The notes under the pieces are model-generated. The model had not been told where the DNA came from. It ran no database searches and was given only the letters and a program-made list of their open reading frames with translations. From the NCBI GenBank assembly GCA_042216015.1, contig JBDGUI010000013.1, positions 22,838 through 86,837 of the forward strand: 64,000 nt of DNA. Direction: 5' to 3'. The translations under genes were made by a program, and so were the position numbers. This stretch comes from Halodesulfurarchaeum sp. (GTDB lineage Archaea > Halobacteriota > Halobacteria > Halobacteriales > Halobacteriaceae). The first letter of the stretch is position 1. Each line of letters begins with the position of its first letter. This document shows positions 61,577 through 64,000 of this stretch, in pieces.

Positions 61577-61774
61577 CTAGAAGTCGTGTTCCACGTCCTC
61601 GGGATCGGCTTTCTGAATGATTATCTTGTCCTCGCGAACCCGCACGAAGACCTCGTCGCCGATCTCGAGGCCGGCCACGGCGAGTTCGTCCTCGTGGAGG
61701 TTCACGTGCGCGTTGTGGTAGGCCTCATCCTCGCCTTTCGCACCCGACGGACTGAGCGTCTTCTTTCGAACCAT
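61577..61774 (-). CDS. Small conserved protein with an AbrB/MazE-like fold
   Basis: LAVAGLEIGDEVFVRVREDKIIIQK; immediately upstream of pyrD. Confidence 0.75.
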   Translation of the reverse strand: MVRKKTLSPSGAKGEDEAYHNAHVNLHEDELAVAGLEIGDEVFVRVREDKIIIQKADPEDVEHDF

Positions 61775-61957
61775 CGCGGGGTCTTAGGTGCCCTTGGCAA
61801 CAGCGGATACTTAAGTTCTTCCGAGTCCGTTTTTCATCGATCGCCACCGATCTGGCCGACTCGGGGGGTCGAACCCGCCGACTGGTCGGCGATTGCTGCC
61901 GAAATCGCCGGTATATTTATACCACATTCTTGTGTTGGGTTCGCATGGGACATAACC

Positions 61958-62272
61958 ATGGTACGAGAGGACGGCAAGCGGAACTTCGCGCTTCGTGAGG
62001 ACGACGGCTCGGAACCGAGCGTATTCAGCGGGAATACGCCACGACAGGCCGCCAAAAAAGCAGCCAGACGGCTTTCTGATGTGGGTGATACCGAGGAGGG
62101 CGCCCCACGGACCGAAATCCAGCTGCGCGAAAAGGGGACAGACAAGGTCCACATCTACGAGGCCTGGGCCTGGAACGAGTCAGCACCGGCGGACTCGCCG
62201 GACTGGATGCCCGAGGAGATCACGAAAGGAAACGTCTCGAAACAGGGGATCGAACACCTCGAAGAGGTCTGA
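61958..62272 (+). CDS. Non-histone chromosomal protein MC1
   Basis: KRNFALR, FSGNTPRQAAKKAA, LREKGTDKVHIY, PDWMP, NVSKQG. Confidence 0.94.
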   Translation: MVREDGKRNFALREDDGSEPSVFSGNTPRQAAKKAARRLSDVGDTEEGAPRTEIQLREKGTDKVHIYEAWAWNESAPADSPDWMPEEITKGNVSKQGIEHLEEV

Positions 62273-62636
62273 GACTCGAAACGCATACCCGACCGCCGTC
62301 CATCAGGGACATCTGCGCGGTCTCTCCCGGCCCGACCAGGCGTACGAACGCGGGATGACCGGCCGCCCTCCGACCGCGCAACAGTTTCGGAACCAGTACC
62401 GACTGGTTTCTTTTCACGGTCCGACGGAGGACACCGTCCCGAGAGCTGGGTGGCGTGTCCACAGTCCGGCGACTGATCCAGGCGTCCCGGCAGCTGTCCA
62501 TGTGTGGCGGAGGCACCGACAGGGGACCTCCCAAGACCCCCGTTGCTGGGGGCTCACGAGCCCGCTCGGTCGGACGGGCATAGGGATGTCGATCCCGCCG
62601 CTTCTGCCATGAAACACCGTCACGAACCGGGCTCGG

Positions 62637-62918
62637 TTCGACGGCCTTATGTTGGACCCGGGCCTCGGATGTGATGTGACGATGAGGTGGCCCAGGTGAC
62701 TGGCGCCACTGATGTACGATGCCGACATCAAGGCGGTCGACGGTTCGATGGCCTTATGTACTTCCTGGCGATTCGGGTTTAATGCGTTCGGCGGCCGGCA
62801 GCAGTGCCGGGCCGCCCCCGATCGCCGGTCGATCTCCTGCAATTCTGCAGGGGTCACTTTCGGCATCGGTGTCCCGATGGATCGACCATCGGTGCCGGGT
62901 CCCTTCGATGGGTTTAAC
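62637..62918 (+). promoter_or_regulatory. Three tandem rRNA operon promoters
   Basis: TTCGACGGCCTTATGT (62637), TTCGATGGCCTTATGT (62744), TTCGATGGGTTTAAC (62904). Confidence 0.75.
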
Positions 62919-62949
62919 ACCCGTCGTCGACAATATACGGGTCCGGAGG

Positions 62950-63105
62950 AAATGAGGATTCCACCCCTGCGGTCCGCCGTACAGATGGGATCTGATGTTA
63001 GCCTTGATGGTTTGGTGATATCCGGTCGGCCACGCTCGTGGTGGCCTACCGATACCCGCCAACCAGAGTGACTCTCTCTGGCCGCCGGGGTCTTTCCCCG
63101 GCAAC
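62950..63105 (+). other. rRNA 5' external transcribed spacer, including the 5' strand of the 16S processing stem
   Basis: GAGGATTCCACCCCTGCGGTCCGCCG and GGATCTGATGTTAGCCTTGATGG resemble haloarchaeal rRNA leader sequences. Confidence 0.65.

Positions 63106-64000
<895 letters not shown>

Overview
GC-rich haloarchaeal (class Halobacteria) chromosomal segment: acidic proteins, mostly leaderless genes with T/A-rich boxes about 25-31 nt upstream, and an archaeal 16S rRNA at the right end. It is mainly housekeeping: translation and tRNA genes (infB, aIF1A, rps19e, tyrS, leuS, trpS, pheST, endA, rnz, pus10, trmY, tRNA-Pro), protein quality control (pan, thermosome, Hsp20), secDF, tbp, RFC, MC1 and the start of an rRNA operon. 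Accessory-looking parts are a lower-GC islet (about 3.7-6.0 kb) with an orphan MASE3 histidine kinase and a kinase remnant, and a complete FixABCX-type ETF operon. Two unannotated signals stand out. (1) Three dispersed copies of an intergenic element (24.7, 38.1 and 45.2 kb): a TATA-like box exactly 31 nt before ATG-NNN-stop (MP*, MP*, MF*), followed by a conserved structured tail of about 110 nt, each pointing at the 3' end of a convergent gene. (2) A 27-codon leaderless uORF ending FGFFFGA directly upstream of pheST, with competing RNA helices and a U-tract, resembling a Phe-sensing leader peptide. Two microproteins missing from the ORF track were also found. All calls come from reading the sequence; no database searches were run.
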